A stretch of 62,508 nucleotides of DNA from Bacillota bacterium. GTDB lineage: Bacteria > Bacillota > Sulfobacillia > Sulfobacillales > JAIMBI01. Under the pieces are notes generated by a model. It did no database searches and had not been told where the DNA came from. It saw only the letters and a program-made list of their open reading frames with translations. Position numbers and translations under genes: made by a program. Positions 1 through 8,975 of the stretch are shown here, piece after piece. The stretch lies in the NCBI GenBank assembly GCA_021795575.1, contig JAJYPH010000002.1:1-62508 (forward strand), read 5' to 3'. Every line of letters starts with the position of its first letter. The first letter of the stretch is position 1.

Positions 1-826
1 CACGGAGGCGCTGCAGGCCCGGGGCTACTCCGCCGAAGCCATTCACGGCGACTTGAACCAGTCCCAGCGGACCCGCGTGATGAAGCGGTTTCGCGATGGC
101 GTGAGCGAGATTCTCGTGGCCACGGACGTGGCGGCCCGGGGCCTCGACATCGAAGGGGTGTCCCACGTGGTCAACTACGACCTGCCGCAGGACCCCGAAA
201 GCTATGTCCACCGCATTGGTCGGACGGGGCGCGCTGGCCGCACGGGCACCGCCATTTCCCTGGTCCATCCGCGCGATGTGCGTCAGATCCGCCTGTTGGA
301 GCGGACGCTGCGCCTGCGCATTCCGCGCCGTCCGGTGCCCTCGGTCCGAGACGTCGCCGCCAAGCAGCGGGAGGCGCTGCGCGGACGGCTGGCCGAGGAA
401 GTGGAGCGCGGCGTCGTGCCGGAGTACCGCGAGATGGCGTTGGCGCTGGCGGAGGACTACGACTCCGTGGACATTGCCGCCGCGGCGATGCGGCTTTTGA
501 ACGACAAGGGGCGCGAGTCCGCGGCCCCCAGCAGCTACGGCGACACCGGAGCGGAGCCGGGCATGGTCCGCCTCTTCTTGAATCTGGGCCACGTGGATCG
601 GCTGACGCCGGCCGACGTCGTGCGCGGGGTGGCGGAATCGACCAACATTCGCGGCAGCATGATTGGGCTCATCGACTTTTACGACCGGTTCACGTTTGTC
701 GAGGTGCCGGACGACGCCGCCCACAAAATTATGGCGGCGGCGCAGCGTTTGTCGATTAAAGGGCGCCCCGTGAGCATCGAACCGGCCCGACCCCGAGAGG
801 AGTCTGCCCCCAGACCGCGAATATAG
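1..826 (+). CDS. DEAD-box ATP-dependent RNA helicase, C-terminal part (5' end lies outside the window)
   Basis: The frame is open from base 2. Helicase motifs V/VI are present ([23 protein letters not shown]), followed by a DbpA-type RNA-binding tail ([10 protein letters not shown]...FTFVEVP). Confidence 0.9.
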   Translation, partial: TEALQARGYSAEAIHGDLNQSQRTRVMKRFRDGVSEILVATDVAARGLDIEGVSHVVNYDLPQDPESYVHRIGRTGRAGRTGTAISLVHPRDVRQIRLLERTLRLRIPRRPVPSVRDVAAKQREALRGRLAEEVERGVVPEYREMALALAEDYDSVDIAAAAMRLLNDKGRESAAPSSYGDTGAEPGMVRLFLNLGHVDRLTPADVVRGVAESTNIRGSMIGLIDFYDRFTFVEVPDDAAHKIMAAAQRLSIKGRPVSIEPARPREESAPRPRI

Positions 827-859
827 CGGCCAGCGATGCCGGGGGAGGACTAAAAGAAG

Positions 860-1894
860 ATGGCGATGGAACGGGACAAGGCACTGGACCTGGCCCTGGC
901 TCAGATCGAGAAGCAGTTTGGCAAGGGCTCCATCATGCGGATGGGGCAGGCGTCCGCGCGCATGGCGGTGGACGTCATTCCCACGGGCGCGCTGGCGCTC
1001 GACGTGGCGCTGGGCGTGGGGGGCCTGCCGCGCGGGCGGGTGGTGGAGATTTACGGGCAGGAGTCGTCCGGCAAGACGACGGTCGCGTTGCACGTGGTGG
1101 CGGAGGCGCAGCGGCGTGGCGGCGTCGCCGCGTTCATTGACGCGGAGCACGCACTGGATCCCGCCTACGCGGCCAAGGTGGGCGTGGACCTGGACCAGCT
1201 GCTGATTTCGCAGCCGGACACGGGCGAGCAGGCGCTGGAGATTGCCGAAGCGCTGGTGCGCTCGGGAGCCATCGACGTGATTGTCGTGGACTCCGTCGCC
1301 GCGCTGGTGCCGCGCGCGGAAATCGAAGGGGAGATGGGCGACGCCCACGTGGGCTTGCAGGCGCGGCTGATGAGCCAGGCCCTGCGGAAGCTCACCGGCG
1401 CTATCTCCAAGTCCCGGACCATTACGATTTTCATCAACCAGATCCGTGAAAAAGTGGGGGTCATGTTTGGCAACCCGGAAACCACGCCGGGCGGCCGTGC
1501 GCTCAAGTTCTACGCCTCCGTCCGGCTCGAAGTGCGCCGGGCGGAGACCTTAAAGCAGGGCAACGACGTGATTGGCAGCCGCACGCGGGTCAAGGTGGTG
1601 AAGAACAAGGTGGCGCCCCCGTTCAAACAGGCGGAGTTTGATATTCTGTATGGGGAGGGCATCTCCCGCGCGGGGAACCTCCTGGACCTGGCCACCGAGA
1701 TGGGCCTGGTGCAAAAGAGCGGGGCATGGTACGCGTACGGCGACCTTAGGCTGGGACAGGGTCGCGAGAATTCTCGGGACTACCTGAAGCAGAATCCCGA
1801 CTTGGCCGACGAGATTGAGGGACGCGTGCGGGGGGCTTTGAAGCTGGGGGTGGTCGAATCGACGGATCTGCCGGAGGACGAGACCGACGCGTAG
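860..1894 (+). CDS. recA: Recombinase RecA
   Basis: 344 aa. Walker [10 protein letters not shown], the FIDAEHALD motif and the typical RecA C-terminal region are present. An SD GGGGGAGGA lies upstream. Confidence 0.98.
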   Translation: MAMERDKALDLALAQIEKQFGKGSIMRMGQASARMAVDVIPTGALALDVALGVGGLPRGRVVEIYGQESSGKTTVALHVVAEAQRRGGVAAFIDAEHALDPAYAAKVGVDLDQLLISQPDTGEQALEIAEALVRSGAIDVIVVDSVAALVPRAEIEGEMGDAHVGLQARLMSQALRKLTGAISKSRTITIFINQIREKVGVMFGNPETTPGGRALKFYASVRLEVRRAETLKQGNDVIGSRTRVKVVKNKVAPPFKQAEFDILYGEGISRAGNLLDLATEMGLVQKSGAWYAYGDLRLGQGRENSRDYLKQNPDLADEIEGRVRGALKLGVVESTDLPEDETDA

Positions 1895-1905
1895 GTGCGG
1901 CCCCC

Positions 1906-2352
1906 GTGGGGGAAGCCGACGCCCGCCGGCTGGCATTGCGCTGGCTCGGGTTGCGGTCGCTCACCCGGCGGGAGCTTTCGGTGCGTCTTCAGCGGGCCGG
2001 CGTGGCGGAGCCCGAGTCCACGCTGGACGCCTTGGAGCGTCAGGGGTGGCAGAGCGACCGGGCGGTGGCCCACTCCGAACTGGACCGGGCGCAGCGCCGG
2101 CGCGACGGCCCGGTGAGGCTGGCCCATCGCCTGCGTCAGCGCGGCGTGGACGAGGGGTTGGTCCGAGACACGGTGGGCGCCGTCGATGCCGAAGCCTGGT
2201 GGGAGCAGGCGTGGCGCGAAGCGGAACGGATGACGCCGGGCGATGGACAGCGGGCACGGCTGGCCCGGCGCTTGGCCCGCCAGGGGTATCCGGCTGCCAT
2301 CATTGCCCGCGTGCTGGACCGCCTGGGCCACGAGGACCCAGACGGCGGTTGA
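1906..2352 (+). CDS. recX: Recombination regulator RecX
   Basis: 148 aa with a GTG start, immediately after recA. Shows a RecX-like repeated helical pattern (ALRWLGLRSLTRRELSVRLQRAG..., LARRLARQGYPAAII). Confidence 0.85.
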   Translation: MGEADARRLALRWLGLRSLTRRELSVRLQRAGVAEPESTLDALERQGWQSDRAVAHSELDRAQRRRDGPVRLAHRLRQRGVDEGLVRDTVGAVDAEAWWEQAWREAERMTPGDGQRARLARRLARQGYPAAIIARVLDRLGHEDPDGG

Positions 2353-2399
2353 CAAGGGCCGCGCAAACGGGGCGGCATGTTGGGGAAGGGGGCGCGGCA

Positions 2400-2942
2400 A
2401 TGGCGGAACACTCGGCACCGAGCGGAATCGGAGGGCGAATGATGGCCCGCGGGGTGGGGGCCCTGATTGCGAGCCTGGTTCGGTATCCCGAATTGTCCAG
2501 CTTGGACTTTCAGCCCGAAGGCAGCGACGGCGGCCGGGTGACGCTGTCCTTCTGTCTCCGGGGCCGTCTGCCGCATGACCGGGCGGTGGCCTTGGCCGAC
2601 GCGCTCATGGAAGTGCTGCTGACCTATCACCACCTGTTGCGATTTCCGCTGGCCGGCCACGGGGTGGCGGAGTTCACGACCGAGTACGTGGAGCCACTGA
2701 CGATCTTGCGGTTGGCCCGGGACATCGAGAGCCTGACGCCCGACGAAGTGGGCATGGTGATTGACCTCCTGCGGGACCAGTGCGGCGTCGACCTCTTGAT
2801 GGACCCCAACGATTTCAGCGAAGACGACCTTTTGGACCAGGAAGAGACCATCCAGGCGGCCCTCGACTCGCTGGGCCAGGAGCCCGGCCGCCGCCTGTTC
2901 GCGCTGCGCGAAGAGGGACGGGTGCTGGTGTTCAACACGTGA
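2400..2942 (+). CDS. Hypothetical protein (180 aa) sitting between recX and ymdB
   Basis: ATG at 2400 preceded by GGGGAAGGGGG. High GC3 and natural composition with an acidic C-terminus. I recognise no motif. The long 298-aa ORF call upstream of this ATG overlaps recX. Confidence 0.6.
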   Translation: MAEHSAPSGIGGRMMARGVGALIASLVRYPELSSLDFQPEGSDGGRVTLSFCLRGRLPHDRAVALADALMEVLLTYHHLLRFPLAGHGVAEFTTEYVEPLTILRLARDIESLTPDEVGMVIDLLRDQCGVDLLMDPNDFSEDDLLDQEETIQAALDSLGQEPGRRLFALREEGRVLVFNT

Positions 2943-3003
2943 AGCGAAGACGCCCGCCGGCTTCTGGTCGCCGCGCCTTTGTGGGCAGGAAGGGCGGCCA
3001 GCC

Positions 3004-3789
3004 GTGCGCGTTCTGATGTTGGGCGATGTGGTGGGCAAACCCGGGCGACGCCTGGTGCGTGCGGCCGTGCCGCGCCTCAGGCGGGAGCGGAACCTGGACC
3101 TGGTCGTCGTCAACGCCGAAAATGCGGCGGGGGGCAACGGCCTCACGCATGAGGTGGCCGATGAGCTGTTGTCATCGGGAATAGACGTACTGACGTCCGG
3201 CAACCACATCTTTGACAAAGACAACGTGCTCACGTTTATCGACGACCTGCCCGTCCTGCTGAGGCCCCTGAACTATCCCCCGGGCACCCCGGGACACGGC
3301 GCCGTCGTCGTGGAGGCCCGTGATGGCACCCGCGTGGGCATTATCAACGTGTCGGGGCGGGCGTTCCTGCCCCAATCCTACGATGACCCGTTTCGAGCCC
3401 TCGATGCCACCTTGGACGCACTGCCCGCCGCCGAGGCCATCCTGGTGGACGTTCATGCCGAAACCACGTCGGAGAAAGTGGCGCTGGGCTGGTACCTGGA
3501 CGGCCGGGTGTCGCTGGTGGTCGGCACGCACACCCACGTGCAAACCGCCGACGAGTGGATCCTGCCCCAGGGCACCGGCTACCTGAGTGACCTGGGCATG
3601 TGTGGGCCGTATCGGTCGGTCATCGGGGTGCGGACCGAGCTGGTCTTGCAAAAGTTTTTGACTCAGCGGCCGGTGCGCTTTGAGACGGCCACCGGGCCCG
3701 CCCAGCTCTGCGGTTTGATTGCCACCATCGAGGCGGGGCGCACGGTGGCGTTGGAGCGCGTTTACGAGCGGGAGCCGCTGTCCACGTAG
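3004..3789 (+). CDS. ymdB: YmdB-type metallophosphoesterase (TIGR00282-like, 2',3'-cyclic-nucleotide phosphodiesterase)
   Basis: The N-terminus MRVLMLGDVVGKPGR...VVVNAENAAGGNGLT and the later GTHTHVQTAD motif are characteristic. Confidence 0.9.
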   Translation: MRVLMLGDVVGKPGRRLVRAAVPRLRRERNLDLVVVNAENAAGGNGLTHEVADELLSSGIDVLTSGNHIFDKDNVLTFIDDLPVLLRPLNYPPGTPGHGAVVVEARDGTRVGIINVSGRAFLPQSYDDPFRALDATLDALPAAEAILVDVHAETTSEKVALGWYLDGRVSLVVGTHTHVQTADEWILPQGTGYLSDLGMCGPYRSVIGVRTELVLQKFLTQRPVRFETATGPAQLCGLIATIEAGRTVALERVYEREPLST

Positions 3790-3810
3790 CAGTAGAGACG
3801 AGGTGCAGCG

Positions 3811-4794
3811 ATGCGGTGGCACGGTGCGGACTTTCCGGTGGTGGATACCCATGCGGACAGTCTGGGCGCTATTCTCGACGGCGCGCGCTCGCTCGCGGTC
3901 ACCGACGATCCCCCCGGGGGCCAGGCCGACATTCCTCGGCTGTTGACCGCCGGGGTCACGCTGCAATTTTTCTCGTGCTGGGTGGAGTCCGCGTACAAGC
4001 CGGAACGCGCCCTGGCGCGACTGCTGGAGTATGTGGATGCGTTTCACACGTGCGTGGCCACCGACCCCCGGGTCGTGCACGTGAGTGGCCTGGAGAGCCT
4101 TGGCGTTCTGGAGAGCGGCCCACCGCGGCTGGGAGCCGTGCTGTCGGTGGAAGGGGCCGAGGCGCTGGGGACTGACCCGGCCATTCTGCGCGTCCTGTGG
4201 CTTTTGGGGGTGCGCCTCCTGTCCCTCACCTGGAACCAGCGCAACGCGCTGGCGGATGGCGCCGGTGAGGACCCGGGCGGTGGCGGCCTCTCCCGCGCGG
4301 GGCGCACGATGATCGCTGAGATGAACCGCCTGCACATGGTGGTGGACGTGTCGCACTTGGCGGCGCAGGCGTACTGGGATGTTCTTGGCGTCTCCGACGA
4401 ACCGCCCATTGCGTCGCATTCGAACTGCCGGGCGCTGGCGCCACATCCCAGAAACCTGAGCGACGCGCAGATGCGGGCGCTGGCGCGCGCCGGCGGCGTG
4501 CAGGGCATCACGTTTGTCCCCGCGTTTTTGGGGGGCGCAGCGGATCGCGGGCGGGTGGTGGACCACATTCTTCACCATCTGGCGGTGGTGGGCGACGACC
4601 GCCACCTTGGCATCGGCAGCGATTTTGACGGCGTACCGACTCCGGTCGTCGGTCTCGAGGACGCCACCCAGTGGCCCCAGCTGCTGGACGATCTGGCGGG
4701 CCGCGGGCTCGCGGACGACACCGTGCACCGGATTGCCGGCGGAAACTTCCTCGCACTGCTACGAGACCGATGGAGCCAGGGCGGAACACCGTAG
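3811..4794 (+). CDS. Membrane (renal-type, M19) dipeptidase
   Basis: VVDTHADS, LTWNQRN, VVDVSHL and GIGSDFDG motifs of peptidase family M19. Confidence 0.85.
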   Translation: MRWHGADFPVVDTHADSLGAILDGARSLAVTDDPPGGQADIPRLLTAGVTLQFFSCWVESAYKPERALARLLEYVDAFHTCVATDPRVVHVSGLESLGVLESGPPRLGAVLSVEGAEALGTDPAILRVLWLLGVRLLSLTWNQRNALADGAGEDPGGGGLSRAGRTMIAEMNRLHMVVDVSHLAAQAYWDVLGVSDEPPIASHSNCRALAPHPRNLSDAQMRALARAGGVQGITFVPAFLGGAADRGRVVDHILHHLAVVGDDRHLGIGSDFDGVPTPVVGLEDATQWPQLLDDLAGRGLADDTVHRIAGGNFLALLRDRWSQGGTP

Positions 4795-4889
4795 CGGGCA
4801 CCGGCGCCCAGGAGACCGTGGCCGCACCCTTCGCCGTGGCGCGGACCGGCGCGGCCGTGAGAGGGATCTTGGGGAGGTCCAAGACGTCC

Positions 4890-5300
4890 GGGATGACGGG
4901 GAGTGCGGGGCGATAGTGGCTGGGGAGGGCCGCGGCGCGATGGTCGCGGGCTTGCCAGAGGCTCCGGGAGCCGTGCGCCGTCCGGGCCGTGCTGGTGGGG
5001 AACCCGCAGCCGATCCGGGGCGGAAGACGGCCGTACAGGACAGCCCGGGGATGGCATCGCTCCTGCGCGTGGGGGTGCTGAAGAGCAGCGACCTCGGCGC
5101 CCGCCCGCCGCCCGAGCTGCGGGAACTGGTCTGGTATCGCCAGAGCCTCATCCAGGCCCGCAGCACCGATGTGAACCGCGTCCAGCAGGGGCTGGCAGGC
5201 GCCGACATCACGCGGAGCCAACTGGTGCGCGAGGTGTGGGGGACGTATCCGGTCGCCCGGCGAGAGGCGGCATCGCCTCGCATGGCAGGTGACCATCTGG
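4890..5300 (+). pseudogene. IS110-family transposase remnant (internal fragment only)
   Basis: The frame shared with ORF 4514..5383 reads PGRKTAVQDSPGMASLLRVGVLKSS..PPPELRELVWYRQSLIQARSTDVNRVQQGLAGADI. This matches the conserved PGRKTDxxDAxWIAxLLxxGLL...RELRxLxRYRxxLxxxRxxxxNR block of IS110 transposases. There is no proper start, the DEDD N-terminal region is decayed and the C-terminal domain is missing. Confidence 0.6.
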
Positions 5301-5711
5301 TCGATCGTGGCCGCCAGCCCCGGCGGCGGGCCTGCGGTGAAGTGCTGACTGTGACGCTGGTCAAATTACCACAGCTCCCATAGTCTGTGTGCGGAAGACG
5401 TGTTGTATCTGCCCCCTGATCGCGCGCGGGATCGTGATCCCCGGATCGGAGGTCCCGGGACTGGCCGGGGCGACAGTCTGTGCCAGTTTCCCGGCTCCTG
5501 GGGCCATTGACGCGTTCCGGATTCCAGCGAGTCTCGATACGCCACCCCGTGGTGGTCCCGGGATATCTAGAAGTCGGACTTGTGCGGGGCGCAGAGCAGT
5601 CGGCGCGTCAAAAAGTCTCCCCAAGGACTTGACACCAGATTGGGGCATGGGCCACTATGGATAAAGCGCCCATGCTTGGGCGATTCGAAGGTCGACGAAG
5701 GGAGGACTCCT

Positions 5712-6254
5712 ATGTTTCGACCGATGTTTCGATCATATGCTGTCGTTTCTGTGATCGCGGCGCTGTTGCTCATTCTCGGCACGAGTTCCGCCAGTGCGGC
5801 GTCGCGTACTGTGAGTGCGGTGGGGTGCAACACGAACGCTGACCAGGCCTTTTCTCCCGGCGCCGGCTCGAACGACCTGAGCGGGTGTCCGTCAGTGAGG
5901 CTCGGGTTCGGGACGTTACAGTTTACGTGGAACAACTACGTGAACGTGGCGTCTAATTACAGTTCGGCGGACTACACCACGATTCAGGTAGGGAATGGTT
6001 CAGTGACCAGCGGGGCTTATGCGTGGTACGGGCGGCTTTTTGTGTATCAGGACAAAAGCGGAGGGGTCACCGAAATTTCCGATGCGTTTGCGTGCGATGG
6101 CATTCGGTACACCAACAAGAGCATTTCCCCAGGCTGGACGATGGGATTTGGGGCGACAGACATCACCGCGGACCAATACGAGTGGATGGCAGTCTCGGGT
6201 TCTTGTAACGGCCAGGAAGTAGGCCGCACGCTCTTCACAATTTACCACTCATAA
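5712..6254 (+). CDS. Exported hypothetical protein (signal peptide, Cys-containing)
   Basis: ATG at 5712 after SD GAAGGGAGGA. N-terminal signal MFRPMFRSYAVVSVIAALLLILGTSSASA. Local GC is visibly lower than in flanking genes. Confidence 0.7.
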   Translation: MFRPMFRSYAVVSVIAALLLILGTSSASAASRTVSAVGCNTNADQAFSPGAGSNDLSGCPSVRLGFGTLQFTWNNYVNVASNYSSADYTTIQVGNGSVTSGAYAWYGRLFVYQDKSGGVTEISDAFACDGIRYTNKSISPGWTMGFGATDITADQYEWMAVSGSCNGQEVGRTLFTIYHS

Positions 6255-6277
6255 GCCGAAGGAGAGGAGATGCAGAC

Positions 6278-6799
6278 ATGCGTATCCCTTCATGGGCCAT
6301 CAGCATGGTTGGCGCCGGCGCGTTGGTGACGGCGGCCGCGCTCTGGCAGCCTTGGCGCGCGGACGCGGCTTCGTTAAACCGGCCCCGCCCGACCGTGACC
6401 TCCCCGACCCCGAGTCTCCAGGTGGTGACGTGGCATCAAGCTAAAGTGCAGGCGCCTTCGCTGATTCGGCAACCGACCTGGTTGCCCCCGGGAACGAGCG
6501 CACCAGCGCTGTTGCGCGACCCCGTCCACGGACAACTCACCGTCACTTACACCGGGCCGAACAACGCCTGGACGATACAGATTGCGGAGAACCCCGGCCC
6601 GACGACCATAGCGAACCCCAACGAAACGGCCGGGGTTATCGCGGGGGTGCCGGTCACCCTATCCCAGTGGACAGCATCAAGTGGCGCCCAGATGAGCGAT
6701 GTCTTCTTTCGACTGAACGGAAACGGGTACGATGTGCTCGGCATCAATACCCCGCAAGCGGCCTTGAAACACGTGGCGGCGGGCCTCATTCGTCCGTAG
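6278..6799 (+). CDS. Membrane-anchored/exported hypothetical protein (possibly DUF4367-like)
   Basis: SD GAAGGAGAGGAG lies upstream. N-terminal hydrophobic segment WAISMVGAGALVTAAALW. The C-terminal pattern TWLPPG...LTVTY...IQIAE resembles anti-sigma C-terminal DUF4367 modules (weak). Confidence 0.6.
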   Translation: MRIPSWAISMVGAGALVTAAALWQPWRADAASLNRPRPTVTSPTPSLQVVTWHQAKVQAPSLIRQPTWLPPGTSAPALLRDPVHGQLTVTYTGPNNAWTIQIAENPGPTTIANPNETAGVIAGVPVTLSQWTASSGAQMSDVFFRLNGNGYDVLGINTPQAALKHVAAGLIRP

Positions 6800-6860
6800 A
6801 GGCTCGGAGGGAAGGGAGACCGGTGTGCTAATGGTGGCGAGGCATAGAGGCGGTGCCGGG

Positions 6861-7268
6861 ATGCGTGCGATGGCGGGACTCATGTTGCTGGTGGCCGCGG
6901 CCGGCTGCGGCGGGAGCCCTTCTGTCTCCCCGCCCGCCGCCACCACGATGAACTCGTTTTTGAGCACGTTTCTTCACGGACAAATGGCTTCGGCTGCGCG
7001 GCTCACGACCGAAGGCGCGCAGAGCGAGAAGACCTTGACAGGAGACCGGGGGACGCTGAAAGCGCTGGTCGTGAACGTGCCCCCGTTTACCGCCCTGTCC
7101 AAGTTGCATTGGCAGACCCACTGTACCGGGTTGAGTTGTACGGTCACCTTCAGCCCCCTGGACACCCATCCGATCCCCACGCTGCATGTGCGCCTCGAGG
7201 CGGTGGGCGGTCACGCCCGGCTGCCGATCAGCACCTTGTCGCCGTGGTTGGCGAGCGTTGGCCACTGA
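6861..7268 (+). CDS. Lipoprotein, hypothetical
   Basis: MRAMAGLMLLVAAAGCGG gives a lipobox (LVAAAG/C). The ORF could also start at 6825. Confidence 0.6.
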   Translation: MRAMAGLMLLVAAAGCGGSPSVSPPAATTMNSFLSTFLHGQMASAARLTTEGAQSEKTLTGDRGTLKALVVNVPPFTALSKLHWQTHCTGLSCTVTFSPLDTHPIPTLHVRLEAVGGHARLPISTLSPWLASVGH

Positions 7269-7567
7269 TGATATTTTACGCCATCCTGGGTTAGCCAGCC
7301 CCCGGCGATCCGCGGAGGAGCTGGGGGTGCCTGGGGTGTCCCATGGCCACGGGCCCCGGGCTATGCGCCCGGGCTTGGCCGCCGTGGCGTATCTGGCCGG
7401 GTCCTGTGACCCTCCGCCCCTGAGTTTTGTCTCTCCGGCGCCCGGGCGTCGGCCGAACGTCGTGATGACGTTGGTCGAGGAGCCATCGGCCGGTGCCTGG
7501 AACGGGGCGTCGAATGCCGCTGCACGCGGCCGCGGCGCCCGATTCCCGTGCAATCGGGCGTCACGAC

Positions 7568-7786
7568 TCATTGGGATCGCGCGCCCACCGACTCGGGCCC
7601 GACGTCGTGGTGCAGCCCCTCATGGACCCTGTACAAGCTCTCGCGCTCGTCGGCCGCGTCGGCCCCCCACTCAAACAGGTCCCAGCCGTCGTCGTGCGGC
7701 GACCACGGGTAGGCGCCGGCGGGGTCCCGGGGATCGGCAAAGACCCGATAAGACGGGTCATAAAACGGAAATGTGCTGGCTCTCAT
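7568..7786 (-). CDS. Small acidic Trp-rich hypothetical protein (72 aa)
   Basis: An internal ATG at 7786 gives MRASTFPFYDPSYRVFADPRDPAGAYPWSPHDDGWDLFEWGADAADERESLYRVHEG.... Composition is natural; the region upstream of this ATG looks non-coding. Confidence 0.4.
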   Translation of the reverse strand: MRASTFPFYDPSYRVFADPRDPAGAYPWSPHDDGWDLFEWGADAADERESLYRVHEGLHHDVGPESVGARSQ

Positions 7787-7919
7787 GTCCCACCCCACCA
7801 GGGCATGGCTCCTACGGGATGGACCGGACCCGGGTGTTTGGCTTGGCAAGACATCCCCTCCGCGTGTAGCCTGCCGCCCGCCTGTATGCGTATGCGCCCC
7901 CACTGCCCACACTAGGGGC

Positions 7920-8972
7920 ATGAACGAGACGTTGATGCGGTGGTACCGTCGTTACCCGACCACCATGTGGGGCGCGGCGGTGGTGGCCGCCCTGCTGCTG
8001 GTGTGGTGGCTGGCGAGCGTGACCCGCGGCCCAGCGGCCCCCATGCCGTTCGGCGGGCGCTTTCAGATTGTGGGCTTCTATCAGAACGCGAGTCCCGGCA
8101 GCGCCCGGCCCGGTTCCCGTGCGTCCTTTGAAAGCCACGCCCGGGCCATCACCACGGTCACCCCGCGATGGTTCTCCATGACTAGCACCGGCACGGTGCA
8201 TAACGTGGGATACGACGCGTCCGTGGCATCGTTTGCCCTGACGCACCACGTGCTGCTTGTGCCCCTGGTGACCAACATCGGCAGCGGAATGCTGACGTCC
8301 TCCGCGGTGCGCACGCGGGCGGCGGCGGCGCTGGCTGCCCTCGTGAAGCGCGACCACCTGAGCGGGGTGAACATCGACTTTGAGCTGCTGCCGGCCAGCG
8401 TCCGGACCGGCCTGACCGACTTTGTGGCGTTGCTGCGGCACGACCTTGGACCGCGCCCGGTCATCGCGGTGTCGGTTTTTCCCCTGGTGGGGGTTGCGAC
8501 CTCCATCAGTGGGGCCTACGACTACCCTGGCCTGGCCACGCATGCCAACTACCTGGTGGTGATGGCGTACGACCACCACTACAGCGGAGGGCCGCCGGGC
8601 CCGGTGGCCCCGTACAGCTGGGTGGTGGCCAATGTCGACGCCGCCTTAAAGCAGATCCCGGGGTCCAAAATCGTGCTGGCCGTCGGGATGTACGGGTACA
8701 ACTGGGTGGGCACCAGCGCGCACACCGTCTCGGACGTCCAGGCCGAAGCGCTGGCGAAATCCCTCAGCATTCAACCTACTTACAATGCCGCTGAGTCGCA
8801 GAACACCTTTCACTACACGGCCGCCGGGGCAACTCATGTGGTGTGGTACATGGGCGACCGGTCGGCGAAGGCGCGGCTCGCGCTCGCGCGCTCCAAGCAT
8901 CTGGCGGGCATCGCCCTGTGGCGGCTCGGGGACGAGGACCCACGCTTTTGGTCCAGTCTCGGGCTGCCGTAG
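7920..8972 (+). CDS. Glycoside hydrolase family 18 protein (YdhD/YaaH-like peptidoglycan/chitin hydrolase), membrane-anchored
   Basis: ATG at 7920 and an N-terminal TM (TMWGAAVVAALLLVWWLA). GH18 catalytic-region pattern GVNIDFELL, then MAYDHHYSGGPPGPVAP and GMYGYNW. Confidence 0.8.
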   Translation: MNETLMRWYRRYPTTMWGAAVVAALLLVWWLASVTRGPAAPMPFGGRFQIVGFYQNASPGSARPGSRASFESHARAITTVTPRWFSMTSTGTVHNVGYDASVASFALTHHVLLVPLVTNIGSGMLTSSAVRTRAAAALAALVKRDHLSGVNIDFELLPASVRTGLTDFVALLRHDLGPRPVIAVSVFPLVGVATSISGAYDYPGLATHANYLVVMAYDHHYSGGPPGPVAPYSWVVANVDAALKQIPGSKIVLAVGMYGYNWVGTSAHTVSDVQAEALAKSLSIQPTYNAAESQNTFHYTAAGATHVVWYMGDRSAKARLALARSKHLAGIALWRLGDEDPRFWSSLGLP

Positions 8973-8975
8973 CGG

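Noticed and set aside
3172-4728. 518-aa ORF on the minus strand.
   Set aside because: It is antisense to ymdB and the M19 dipeptidase, both of which have clear family motifs. Its product is Arg/Gly/Pro/His-rich with no motif. It is a typical open antisense frame in GC-rich DNA.
5629-5661. TTGACA followed by TATGGA as the promoter of the exported-protein islet.
   Set aside because: The spacer would be 21 nt, and alternative -10 hexamers at acceptable spacing are poor matches.
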